The position numbers and the translations under genes are program-made. From an uncultured Bdellovibrionales bacterium (GTDB lineage: Bacteria > Patescibacteriota > Minisyncoccia > Moranbacterales > UBA1568): a DNA stretch of 64,000 nucleotides. The notes under the pieces are model-generated. The model was not told the origin of the DNA and made no database searches. It saw nothing but the letters and a program-made list of their open reading frames with translations. The stretch spans positions 241,709-305,708 of the forward strand of contig CAYLJX010000001.1 in the NCBI GenBank assembly GCA_964384235.1, written 5' to 3'. Below, one piece after another: positions 9,062 to 18,343 of the stretch; the stretch's first letter is position 1, and every line of letters starts with the position of its first letter.

Positions 9062-10831
9062 TCATTGTTCTAATACCGCTTTAATTCTTCGTACTCCAGC
9101 GGAGGAAGCTTCTTCCTTGGTGATCTTGAACCGACCGAAAGAGGCGATGTCCTTGGTGGTCGCTACGTGCGGACCGCCGCAGAGCTCGCGGGAGTAGACG
9201 GTACCGTCAGGACCTTCCACCTGATAGACTGTCACTTTTTCCGGATACTTCTCCCAGAAACTCCCCTCCACTCCGGCGGCTTTGGCGGCCTCCTTGTCCA
9301 TGACGACCGTAGTGACTCCTGCCTCGGCCTGGATCGCTTCGTTTACGTAGGCTTCCACTCTGTCGAGCACTTCGCGGGAAACCTTCTCCGGATAGGTGAA
9401 ATCAAACCGCGTGCGTTCCTCGGTGATGTTGGATCCAGCCTGATGGACATTCTCCCCCAGCTCTTTCCTGAGTGCAGCGAGCATGAGATGCGTCGAGGTA
9501 TGGAGTGCCGTCACCTTGGCACTGTGATCGGCAAGACCGCCCTTAAACTTGCCGGCGCTGGCCGTCCGGGAAAGGTCCTGGTGTTTTCGGAATTCCTGCT
9601 CGAATTCCTCCTTGTTCACCTCTATCCCTTTTTCCTTGGCGATCTCTTCGGTCATCTCGAGCGGAAAGCCGTACGTTGAGAAGAGGTCGAAGGCATCCTT
9701 GCCGGAGAGAGCTCCTGCCATCGTCCGCTTTTCCAGTTCCTTCATTCCTTTCGAAAGAGTGGATCGGAATTTCGCTTCCTCCTTATCCAGTTCCTCGAGG
9801 ATCCGTCCGGCGTTCGTCTTCACGGATTCGTAAAGATCCTCAAACTTTCCGATGAAGAGCTTGGCGATATCGGTGACGGCCGGCTGCTCGTATCCCATCT
9901 TGTAGAATTCGCGGATGGCGCGACGAATGAGACGACGAAGGATATATCCCTGATCGACATTTTTCGGCACCACGCCGTCGGCGAGCATATGCGTCGCGGC
10001 CCGCAGGTGGTCGGCGATGATACGTGCGGAGCGTTCGTCGTACCGTCCGGTACCGACGATGTTCCGTACCGCCTCGAGCACGTCGGCAAAGGCGTCCGTT
10101 TCGTAGACATTCTTCTTACCCCCAAGGATCGCGGCGGTGCGTTCCAGTCCCATACCGGTGTCGACGCAGGGTGCCGGCAGTTTCTCAAGCGTCTTTTCAT
10201 CGACACGGTTGTACTGCATGAAGACGTCGTTCCAGATCTCCATCCATTCTTTCGGATATGTGCCTTTGTTGCCTTGTGGTTCGCCTTCTCCTACCCAGTA
10301 GAAAATCTCCGTGTCGGGTCCGCAGGGTCCTGTCGGTCCGGCGGCCCACCAGTTGTCTTCGGCAGGAAGATACGCGATACGGTCTTCCGGCATTCCGAGC
10401 GATTTCCAAATACCAGCGGATTCCTCGTCGCGCGGCGCGTTCTCGTCCCCGGCAAAGACCGTCACGGAAAGCATCTTGGGATCGAGGTTCAACCACTCCT
10501 TCCCGGTGAGGAATTCCCATGACCAGCGGATGGATTCCTCTTTGAAATAGTCACCGAGGGACCAGTTGCCGAGCATCTCGAAGAAGGTGAGATGCGTATC
10601 GTCCCCCACGTCGTCGATATCGCCGGTCCGGACGCATTTTTGCACGTCAACTAGGCGTTTGCCCATGGGATGCGGTTTGCCGAGAAGGTATGGGACCAAG
10701 GGCTGCATCCCGGCGGTATTGAAGAGAACCGAAGGATCGTTCTCCGGAACGAGCGAAGCCGAAGGAATGATAGAGTGATCCTTCCCGGCAAAAAAATCCA
10801 GATAGCGTTTGCGGATATCGGCAGTCTGCAT
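9062..10831 (-). CDS. alaS: Alanyl-tRNA synthetase, short form lacking the C-terminal C-Ala domain
   Basis: About 590 aa. Class II catalytic core, tRNA-recognition domain and editing domain (HSAKVTALHTSTH...CGGPHV), ending soon after the editing domain. Start at MQTADIRKRYLDFF, an internal Met of ORF 9062..10951. Confidence 0.85.
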   Translation of the reverse strand: MQTADIRKRYLDFFAGKDHSIIPSASLVPENDPSVLFNTAGMQPLVPYLLGKPHPMGKRLVDVQKCVRTGDIDDVGDDTHLTFFEMLGNWSLGDYFKEESIRWSWEFLTGKEWLNLDPKMLSVTVFAGDENAPRDEESAGIWKSLGMPEDRIAYLPAEDNWWAAGPTGPCGPDTEIFYWVGEGEPQGNKGTYPKEWMEIWNDVFMQYNRVDEKTLEKLPAPCVDTGMGLERTAAILGGKKNVYETDAFADVLEAVRNIVGTGRYDERSARIIADHLRAATHMLADGVVPKNVDQGYILRRLIRRAIREFYKMGYEQPAVTDIAKLFIGKFEDLYESVKTNAGRILEELDKEEAKFRSTLSKGMKELEKRTMAGALSGKDAFDLFSTYGFPLEMTEEIAKEKGIEVNKEEFEQEFRKHQDLSRTASAGKFKGGLADHSAKVTALHTSTHLMLAALRKELGENVHQAGSNITEERTRFDFTYPEKVSREVLDRVEAYVNEAIQAEAGVTTVVMDKEAAKAAGVEGSFWEKYPEKVTVYQVEGPDGTVYSRELCGGPHVATTKDIASFGRFKITKEEASSAGVRRIKAVLEQ

Positions 10832-10836
10832 AGGTT

Positions 10837-11064
10837 CTAGTGGCGCGAAAGTTTCTTTTCTATCTCCTGGTAGCCGTGGCGGTCGAGGTCGTCCCCGAAA
10901 AGGTCCCGGAGGGACTCCATCGCCTTCGTGACATCGAGCGGGTCGCTGCATTCACGCGCGATGGCGTTCAGCTTGGAGAGCTGCGAATCATGAAGTTCGA
11001 CGGAGCGACTGACGACATCTTTGACGATTTTTAAGAACGTGTCTTTGGTCATATATGGAATCAA
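10837..11064 (-). CDS. Hypothetical small protein (75 aa)
   Basis: Fills the gap between the coiled-coil gene and alaS on the same strand, 5 nt from the alaS start. No family recognised. Confidence 0.35.
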   Translation of the reverse strand: MIPYMTKDTFLKIVKDVVSRSVELHDSQLSKLNAIARECSDPLDVTKAMESLRDLFGDDLDRHGYQEIEKKLSRH

Positions 11065-11333
11065 ATCAGATTGATCTGTCTCCGTACCCGGGCGATCTCA
11101 CCTTCAAGGACGGTGATCTGCCTGGAAAGATCCTGGTCCGCCCGCTCCTTGGCGTCGATATCGAGTTTGAGCCGGGACATCTCATTCTTGATCCCTCGAA
11201 GATCGGTGACGATCGCCTCGCGCTTCCCTTCGAGACGTTTCTTATCGCTTTGAAGGATGAGCAGTTCGCTTTCCAGGCGACGACTCCTGGCCTTCTTTTC
11301 GGAACTATCGTCATTCATGTCGGAGAAAGTCAT
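11061..11333 (-). CDS. Hypothetical coiled-coil protein (90 aa)
   Basis: Heptad-rich charged sequence (LESELLILQSDKKRLEGKREAIVTDLRGIKNEMSRLKLDIDAKE). Sits in an operon after the FtsA-like gene and the large membrane protein. Confidence 0.4.
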   Translation of the reverse strand: MTFSDMNDDSSEKKARSRRLESELLILQSDKKRLEGKREAIVTDLRGIKNEMSRLKLDIDAKERADQDLSRQITVLEGEIARVRRQINLI

Positions 11334-11392
11334 AGCGAAATATACGTAAAGGATACGTCAGTATAGCAGGTACCGCCCGTCCTGACAACGCG

Positions 11393-13348
11393 CTATTCGT
11401 CTTTCCCCGGTTCGACGATGACGGTTACCCGGCCGGCTGATTTGGGAATCGTAGAAGTGAAGAAATTCGGATGGAAGGACACTTCGATCTTCTCGATCTC
11501 GGGAAAGCTCCCGAGGGTTTCCCTGATACCGTCCTCGTCCTGTCCTAGGAGGGCGTCCCGTACCCGCTCGCTCTCGATGATCGACTCCAGGAGGATATCC
11601 GCATGCACCTTGAGCCGGAGCGTCCCCTTGGGGAAATCCGGCAGAGCCTCGCCGTAGCGGAGATCTATCGACTTGGGAGCGAACTTCACGCCGCGAACCT
11701 CCTTGGTGTATTCCTTGGTGATCGATTCCCGGATAGCCTGCTCCGAATACACGAATGCTTTCACGTGGTAACGCTGTCGATAGTCGAAGCTGCTTCCGAC
11801 CGTACCGACCTGAGGCAGGGCGGCCTCATTGAGCGGAGTCATCTCCATCGCTTCTTCCAGGATCTTCTCTCCGGGGTTGAGCTTCTCACTTATGGCCTTC
11901 ACGAAGGCTTCCTGGGCCTGTTTCTTCCCGTCCGTTTCGGCCTTTTCCAGATCGGCTTTGGAAATGACCAGGGTATCCGATCCGCCCTCGCCGCCGCCGG
12001 TAAAGGCCTTCACTGATTTGGCGGAGAACTTGCCATATTTGGGACTCCCCTTGAATCCGGGGATGGTGAAGGTGCTCGGGCCGACATTGTATTCCGAACC
12101 CGACTGATCGGCGACCACTGAGGCTTCTATGGCACCGGGCTCCTGTTTGCCTGCGGTCGTGGTCATCCCGGGAACGGTCACCCCTTCGGTCAGGCGGAAG
12201 ATTTTCCCGTCCGTTTCCAGGCGAGTCGTCGCCACCAGGGGTTGCGGATCGGCGGAATATTCATTGTAAATGACGACCGTACCGCGAGCCTTGTGATTGG
12301 CTGCACCAGATTTCCCGGTGGCCGCGACGGACAAGGCGACTTCCTGGTCTCCTTCCACGACTCGGACGGCGAGCCTGTCGTTCTCGAAAACGGTATCCGC
12401 GCTCTCAGTCACCGTATGGGGTGTCACGAAGATTTCCGCCTTGGGAAGGAAGAGGAAGACCCCGACACCGATCAGAGAAAGCAGGGAAATACCGCCGAGA
12501 ATGAAGATGATGGATTTGGCCTTGTGATGGACATGGGGCGGAATGGGCGCTCCTTCGGTAGGAGCCTTGTTCGGTAGTGACGGCATGGCCGGTGCTTTTT
12601 TCGGAAGAATCGCCTGTCCGTTCCCGTTGCTGAAAAAATTCTTGAGTCGTTCGCCTCGATCGCTAAGTGGTTGCTCGGCAGGACGTTCCGGCAGTCTCGT
12701 CGGCCGCTCCATGGGTTTTGCCTGGATCTCCGGCCGTACCTGCTGATACGGAGAGACGGTGTTCTGAGGAGGAACACTTGCCCGTTCCGCCTCTTGTTTT
12801 TTGGTCATTTCTTCCATGTAGCGCGTGGAATTGAGACTGGTCTGCTTGGCTGGTGAAGCGTTGCGGATACGAAGCGTCTGGGGCTGTGGAACAGAAGGAG
12901 TCATCCTTTGCTCCGGTGCCGGTTGAGTCTGTGAAGGAGATACTTCCGGGGAGGCGTAGAAGTTGGAGGAGCCGATATTCTCGGAGCGAGGGATGTACTC
13001 ACGTACGTCTTTTGTTTCTTCCGAAACGATGCGTTCGTTTCCTTCGGACGCCTGGTATGGTGAGATTTCCACCCGTTCGTTCTTCTGGGAGAAGTCCTCG
13101 GTATACTGCTCCGTCTCGATGCCAGCCTTGTCCGCTAGATTCCGTCCGATCTCATCCTGAGTGACGATCACGATCTTCTTGCCGAGCTTTTCCGCCTCGC
13201 GCTGAAAGAGGCGCAGATTGACGATGCTCTGCAGGACAAGCGCCCGTTTCGGAAAGACGAAGGTGTTTTCCTCTGAACTCGATTTGCGCAGACGGCCGAT
13301 GACCGAGATGATCTCCTCGTCGGATTCGATGTAGAAAGTCTGTGGCAT
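11393..13348 (-). CDS. Bitopic membrane protein: N-terminal cytoplasmic domain, Pro/Gln-rich linker, one TM helix, large extracytoplasmic domain
   Basis: 651 aa. TM helix IIFILGGISLLSLIGVGVFLFL near residue 270. Immediately downstream of the FtsA-like ATPase. No FtsZ motif (GGGTGTG) is present. Confidence 0.55.
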   Translation of the reverse strand: MPQTFYIESDEEIISVIGRLRKSSSEENTFVFPKRALVLQSIVNLRLFQREAEKLGKKIVIVTQDEIGRNLADKAGIETEQYTEDFSQKNERVEISPYQASEGNERIVSEETKDVREYIPRSENIGSSNFYASPEVSPSQTQPAPEQRMTPSVPQPQTLRIRNASPAKQTSLNSTRYMEEMTKKQEAERASVPPQNTVSPYQQVRPEIQAKPMERPTRLPERPAEQPLSDRGERLKNFFSNGNGQAILPKKAPAMPSLPNKAPTEGAPIPPHVHHKAKSIIFILGGISLLSLIGVGVFLFLPKAEIFVTPHTVTESADTVFENDRLAVRVVEGDQEVALSVAATGKSGAANHKARGTVVIYNEYSADPQPLVATTRLETDGKIFRLTEGVTVPGMTTTAGKQEPGAIEASVVADQSGSEYNVGPSTFTIPGFKGSPKYGKFSAKSVKAFTGGGEGGSDTLVISKADLEKAETDGKKQAQEAFVKAISEKLNPGEKILEEAMEMTPLNEAALPQVGTVGSSFDYRQRYHVKAFVYSEQAIRESITKEYTKEVRGVKFAPKSIDLRYGEALPDFPKGTLRLKVHADILLESIIESERVRDALLGQDEDGIRETLGSFPEIEKIEVSFHPNFFTSTIPKSAGRVTVIVEPGKDE

Positions 13349-13399
13349 AGCGTGCTTTTTAGTTCTCTTTCTCTTTTTTGTATTACATTCCTCCTCTAA

Positions 13400-14665
13400 T
13401 CATTTCTCGATGGATTCCATACTGCGGCGCAGTATCGAGGAAAGCATCTTTTCCTCTTCGAGATGGTCGAGCAACGCGAGATGAGCCAATCCGATCGGTG
13501 TGATGTCCTGCGGATTGCCGAGCTCTCCGGTCATATCGGTGATGCGGGCTACGTCCCGCGGCTGCAGGAAACTCACCTGTGGTGTCTTGGCAAAGGGAAG
13601 TCCGGCCGCCCACTCGGGAGACAAAAGAGACGCTTTGATCCCGGGAAGGGCCGATCCTCCGCCACAGAGGAAGATGCGCGACGGCAAGAGGTCCGTTTCG
13701 GCGAACTCCATGAGCGAGAGTTCCACACCACCGAGCCAGACACGACAGTCGTCGGCATAGATCGCGGCAATCCGGTCCACTTCATCGCTTCGTAGGCGTC
13801 CGTTGGAATAGTTTATCTTCATCTGTTCCGCCATCTCGAAGCTCAGGTTGAACTCCTGAACCAGACGTTTGGTAAAGGCACGACCGCCGAGGGCGAACAT
13901 CTTGGTTCCTTCCAATCCGCCGTTCCGTACCACGGCAATGTCCGTCGTCCCGCCGCCCACGTCGATGAAAATGGCACTGAAATCGAGCATATCCTCAACC
14001 TCTACGGAACGGGCTACCGCATACGGTTCAGCCGCGATAGAAAGCAGATCGAGATCGAGTTCGTCGGCGATGGTCTGTAGTGCCCCGAGATGGATCATCG
14101 GCGCATAGGCATTGAAGACGCTCATGGAGACGTCTCGGCCCTGAAAGTTGGTCGGGTTGGCGATATGGTATCCGTCGATACGGACGTCGACGATTGCGGC
14201 GTTTATGAGCTTCACATCGATGTCGTTTTGCCCTGTTTCCCAGGAAAGCTGCCGCTTGATACGCTCATAGGCTTTTTCCTGGACCTTTTGGATGATCATT
14301 TTGAGCTCCGGCATGCCGATATGGACTTCCGGATTGACGCGTTCGTAATGCACCGTGGTCGTCGTCCCCTTGACGAGCTCGCCAGCGATACCGATGATGC
14401 TCTTTTCGACGCGTTTCACCTTGGCCTTTTCTTTGGCGAGGGCGATGGCTTCGCGGGACGATTCGATGACGCCGCTGATATCGGCCACGGCCCCGCTCTG
14501 CATGTTGCCGGCCTTCTGGGCGGCCCGGCCGACACCGATCACGACACCGCGCTTGCCCTCCCCGTCGACGCGGAAAATGAGGGCTTTGACGACTTCGGTA
14601 CCGATATCGAGCGCCAACAGGAGATCGTTATCGGATTTCCAGGGAAGAGAGGAAAAAAGTCCCAT
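13400..14665 (-). CDS. Actin-fold ATPase of the FtsA/PilM family (cell-division FtsA-like)
   Basis: 421 aa. Phosphate-1 motif (LALDIGTEVVKALIF), FIDVGGGTTDIAV and CGGGSALPGI motifs typical of FtsA-like proteins. Confidence 0.7.
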   Translation of the reverse strand: MGLFSSLPWKSDNDLLLALDIGTEVVKALIFRVDGEGKRGVVIGVGRAAQKAGNMQSGAVADISGVIESSREAIALAKEKAKVKRVEKSIIGIAGELVKGTTTTVHYERVNPEVHIGMPELKMIIQKVQEKAYERIKRQLSWETGQNDIDVKLINAAIVDVRIDGYHIANPTNFQGRDVSMSVFNAYAPMIHLGALQTIADELDLDLLSIAAEPYAVARSVEVEDMLDFSAIFIDVGGGTTDIAVVRNGGLEGTKMFALGGRAFTKRLVQEFNLSFEMAEQMKINYSNGRLRSDEVDRIAAIYADDCRVWLGGVELSLMEFAETDLLPSRIFLCGGGSALPGIKASLLSPEWAAGLPFAKTPQVSFLQPRDVARITDMTGELGNPQDITPIGLAHLALLDHLEEEKMLSSILRRSMESIEK

Positions 14666-14670
14666 AAAGT

Positions 14671-14705
14671 CAGTGAACAGCTAACAGGAAACAGTTAACA
14701 GTATT
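14671..14705 (-). repeat. Tandem heptamer array (CAGNNAA x5 on + strand) in the leader of the FtsA-like gene
   Basis: cagtgaa cagctaa caggaaa cagttaa cagtatt lies between the pfkB stop and the FtsA-like ATG. No Shine-Dalgarno sequence. Confidence 0.55.
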
Positions 14706-14717
14706 CTCATTGTACCA

Positions 14718-15746
14718 TCAATCCAAACGTTTCGGAACGATGTGCGAGACGATTCTCTCAATCTCGTCTTTCCGGAGGAGTCCTTCGCCCGCGCCGTAGT
14801 ACCCGACGACGCTCCCGCTGTTGGCCATGCCGTAGGCGAGTGCCTCACCGAGCGTTTTCCCCAAGAGGATCGCTCCGAAAAATCCAGAACCGAAGGCATC
14901 CCCCGCCCCGGTCGAGTCTATCGCCTTACTCCGCGTATGGATGGGACAGTACCAATATTCCCGGCCATCGTAGCCCCAGGCACCGCGCTTGCCATCGGTC
15001 ATACCGATCATCTGAGCGCCGTTTCGGAAAAGAAACTCCAGAAGAAATTTCTCATCATCAAGGGATTCCCCTGAGAGCGGGGCATCCGCCTGGAGGGCAA
15101 GTTCGATGGCCTCGTCCTTGTTGAGAAGAAGGATATCGGTCTCCGCGACCACGCCGAGGACAGTGTCCGCGTCGCTTTTGATATTGTGCTGTCCCGGATT
15201 GAGTGCGAGTTTGAGATTCCCCTTTCGTTTGGCGGAAAGGATCTTCCCAATGTTGTCCTGCCAATCGCCGTTCAGGGCGCTCACGAAGAGCCACTCCGTC
15301 TCAGTGAGCTGATCTTCGAAGACTTCCAGACGCTCGTTGGCGTCACGGTTATGAAAAATGGTGCGTTCGGCGTTCTGGGTGAGGACGATGATGGCCGAGA
15401 GATCGGTCTTGATCCCCGGTTCGACGAAAAGATGCTCACGATCGACGTTTTCTTTCTTGAGGTTCTCGATGACCCATCGCCCGATGTCGTCCCCGCCCAC
15501 CTTGCTGTAGCAGGCCGCCCGGTGTCCGAGGCGCGAGAGTCCCGTGGCGACATTAGCCGCCACGCCGCCCACCGCCTCGTAGCGGTCGTCGACACGGTAC
15601 TTGCCACCCAGTTCAAAAGCGACCTTTTCCTTGGCGGTAATGTCTTCCGGAGTCTCGATGACGATACCCTCGTCGGTCGGAAAGAAGATATCCTTGGAGG
15701 TCGACCCGATGCAGATGACCCGCACCGGTTCTTTCTTGAAAAACAT
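14718..15746 (-). CDS. PfkB-family carbohydrate kinase (ribokinase-like)
   Basis: 342 aa. C-terminal motif DSTGAGDAFGSGF matches the PfkB signature. N-terminal GG motif. Confidence 0.8.
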   Translation of the reverse strand: MFFKKEPVRVICIGSTSKDIFFPTDEGIVIETPEDITAKEKVAFELGGKYRVDDRYEAVGGVAANVATGLSRLGHRAACYSKVGGDDIGRWVIENLKKENVDREHLFVEPGIKTDLSAIIVLTQNAERTIFHNRDANERLEVFEDQLTETEWLFVSALNGDWQDNIGKILSAKRKGNLKLALNPGQHNIKSDADTVLGVVAETDILLLNKDEAIELALQADAPLSGESLDDEKFLLEFLFRNGAQMIGMTDGKRGAWGYDGREYWYCPIHTRSKAIDSTGAGDAFGSGFFGAILLGKTLGEALAYGMANSGSVVGYYGAGEGLLRKDEIERIVSHIVPKRLD

Positions 15747-15766
15747 GGTTTTGTTTTTATGTGATA

Positions 15767-17044
15767 CTATTTCTCCGATTCCCAGATGGCGAGGAGGCGG
15801 TTGTATTTGGCGAGACGTTCACCGCGGGAGAGGGAGCCGGTCTTGATGAATTCCGCGCCAGTCCCGACGGCAAGATCCGCGATGAAGTCATCGATCGTCT
15901 CGCCCGAGCGGTGCGACACGACACGGTTCATGCCGTGCTTCTCGGCGAGCTTCATGCAATCGAGTGTCTCGGAAACCGTACCGATCTGATTGACCTTGAT
16001 AAGGACGGCGTTACAGGCATTTTCCGTGATGGCCTTCTCGAGACGCTTGACGTTGGTGACGAGGAGGTCGTCGCCGATAAGCATAAGTTTCTTCTTCCAG
16101 GCGGTTTCTTCTTTCTCAAGCTTTTCCTTCATCTGGGCCCAACCGGACCAGTCTTCCTCGTGGAGGCCGTCTTCGATAGAAACGACACTGTATTTTTGGA
16201 TCCAGTCGCGGTAGACATTGACGAGACTCTCGCGCGAGAGCGAGACGTTCTCGGGTTTCAGTGCGTACTGATCCTCGGTCGGTTCATAGAAAGAATTGGC
16301 TGCGACATCAAGTCCGATGAAGACCTGTTCACCCAAACGGTAGCCGGCATCCATGATGGCCTGCCCGATCATCTCAAGCGCCCGGGTGTGACTCTCGAGG
16401 CGCGGTGCGAAGCCACCCTCGTCACCCACTCCGACAGAGAACCCTTCTTTTTCGAGAAGTTTTTTGAGTGCATGAAAAATTTCGCTTCCGGCGCGGAGCT
16501 GCTCAGGATAGTCTGCGATCCCGGCGGGAACGACCTTGAACTCCTGGGCCGAGAGACCGGAGTCACTGTGTTTGCCGCCGTTCAGGATATTGAACATCGG
16601 GATAACGAATGCTTCGGATTTCTTCGTTCCATAGAGCGTTTCGATGTGTCGGTAGAGCGGGAGCTTGACGGAAAGAGCGGCGGCCCGACAGGCGGCGAGC
16701 GATATGCCGAGGATGGCATTGGCCCCGAGACGGCCCTTGTTCTCAGTCCCGTCGAGCGCGATCATCTTCTCATCGAGCGTCTTCTGGTCGTTTGCGTCCA
16801 TCCCGAGGACAGCGTCACGGAGTTCACCGTTGACATTGGAAACCGCTTTGAGGACACCGAGACCGTCGTAGCGGCTTGTGTCACCGTCACGGAGCTCCAC
16901 CGCTTCGAAGGCGCCTGTCGAAGCACCGGATGGCACGCCGGCCGTCGCAACTGTGCCGTCTTCGAGCGTAACCGTCACTTCTACCGTCGGGTTGCCACGG
17001 GAATCCAGGATCTCTCTCCCCTTCACATCCGTAATCTTGCTCAT
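15767..17044 (-). CDS. eno: Enolase
   Basis: 425 aa MSKITDVKGREILDSRGNPTVEVTV..., a clear enolase match. Confidence 0.95.
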   Translation of the reverse strand: MSKITDVKGREILDSRGNPTVEVTVTLEDGTVATAGVPSGASTGAFEAVELRDGDTSRYDGLGVLKAVSNVNGELRDAVLGMDANDQKTLDEKMIALDGTENKGRLGANAILGISLAACRAAALSVKLPLYRHIETLYGTKKSEAFVIPMFNILNGGKHSDSGLSAQEFKVVPAGIADYPEQLRAGSEIFHALKKLLEKEGFSVGVGDEGGFAPRLESHTRALEMIGQAIMDAGYRLGEQVFIGLDVAANSFYEPTEDQYALKPENVSLSRESLVNVYRDWIQKYSVVSIEDGLHEEDWSGWAQMKEKLEKEETAWKKKLMLIGDDLLVTNVKRLEKAITENACNAVLIKVNQIGTVSETLDCMKLAEKHGMNRVVSHRSGETIDDFIADLAVGTGAEFIKTGSLSRGERLAKYNRLLAIWESEK

Positions 17045-17271
17045 AAGCGTTCGGAATCAATTATTTTTATGTTCCCTCCACCTTGCTCTTTTCTCGACCC
17101 GCTCACTCACTCCCATACCATATCTGGTACCTATGTATCCTCAGTGGTCGTTTTGTTCGCTTAGTACAAATTTTGTCTTTGAGAAAAACAAAAGTCTTTC
17201 GGCACAAAATTTGTAAAATTCTCGAAAAGCCAAGGTGTTCAGGAACAAGAAATTCTTCTGTCCAGTATATC

Positions 17272-18321
17272 CTATCCTTCAAGTGCTACCAAACCAGGAA
17301 GCGTCTTGCCGCTCATATACTCGAGCATCGCGCCGCCGCCCGAAGAGACGAAGCTTATCTTATTCATGACATTAGCCGCTTCGACGACCGCGATCGATTC
17401 GCCGCCGCCGATCACTACCATCGCGTCGCTTTCCAGGAGAGCATTGAGGATGACACCGGTGCCGATGTCGTAGGGTTTCTCCTCGAACTTGCCCATCGGT
17501 CCGTTCCAGACGATGGTTTTGCCCGTCTTGATGATCTTGGCATAGTAAGCCGCCGTCTCCGGGCCGATATCGAGACGCTTGTCCGAATCGAAATCGTATG
17601 GCAGGAGCACTTTCGGCGAAAATTCGATTCCCTGATCAAGGGCTTCGTTGGCGATCTTTCCTCCTACCAGGACACAGTCATAACGCTCTTCCATGGCGCG
17701 GATGAGCGGAAGCTTGGTCTCGATCTTGGCACCGCCGATGACCGCGATGGCCGGGTGTTCCGGTGCGAGACGGACCTGATCGAGCTTCTCTATTTCCTGG
17801 AGCAATCGGAAACCGGCACAGGACGGCAGGAGCTTAGGCACCTTGGTCACGGACGCATGCTCGCGATGACAGACGCTGAAGGCCTCGTTGACGAACACCT
17901 CGAAGGGTTTGGCAAGCGCCGCCGCGAACGTCTCATCTCCTGTCTCCTCCTCGGCGTGGAAACGCACATTTTCCAGGAGAAGTATCTCTCCATCGGAAAG
18001 GTTCGAAAGTGCCGCTTCCACCGGTTCCCCGACACATTCCGGCACGAAGACCGTCTTTCTTCCCATGGCACGCTCCACCGCTGAAACGAGACGGCTGCTC
18101 GAAAAGGCCGGATCAGGTTTGCCGTCCGGACGACCGAAGTGTGTGAGAAGCGCTACCCGCGCACCGGGCTGTGAACAAAGAAAATCGACGGTCTTCTTGA
18201 CGATAACGAGACGAAAATGCTCCTCAATCCCGACGATGTCATTCATCTCGACGTTGAAGTCGACACGGACCAGCACTTTCTTTCCGGAAACATTTACTCC
18301 TTCGAGAGACCTCAACGCCAT
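17272..18321 (-). CDS. pgk: Phosphoglycerate kinase
   Basis: 349 aa. VLVRVDFNVE and LLENVRFH motifs, C-terminal Rossmann domain. Confidence 0.95.
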   Translation of the reverse strand: MALRSLEGVNVSGKKVLVRVDFNVEMNDIVGIEEHFRLVIVKKTVDFLCSQPGARVALLTHFGRPDGKPDPAFSSSRLVSAVERAMGRKTVFVPECVGEPVEAALSNLSDGEILLLENVRFHAEEETGDETFAAALAKPFEVFVNEAFSVCHREHASVTKVPKLLPSCAGFRLLQEIEKLDQVRLAPEHPAIAVIGGAKIETKLPLIRAMEERYDCVLVGGKIANEALDQGIEFSPKVLLPYDFDSDKRLDIGPETAAYYAKIIKTGKTIVWNGPMGKFEEKPYDIGTGVILNALLESDAMVVIGGGESIAVVEAANVMNKISFVSSGGGAMLEYMSGKTLPGLVALEG

Positions 18322-18343
18322 AGACCTTAGTATTTTAAACGTC

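Noticed and set aside
15761-17164. 467-aa plus-strand ORF antisense to enolase, and 24260-25672 antisense to pyrG
   Set aside because: The opposite-strand genes are unambiguous (enolase, CTP synthase).
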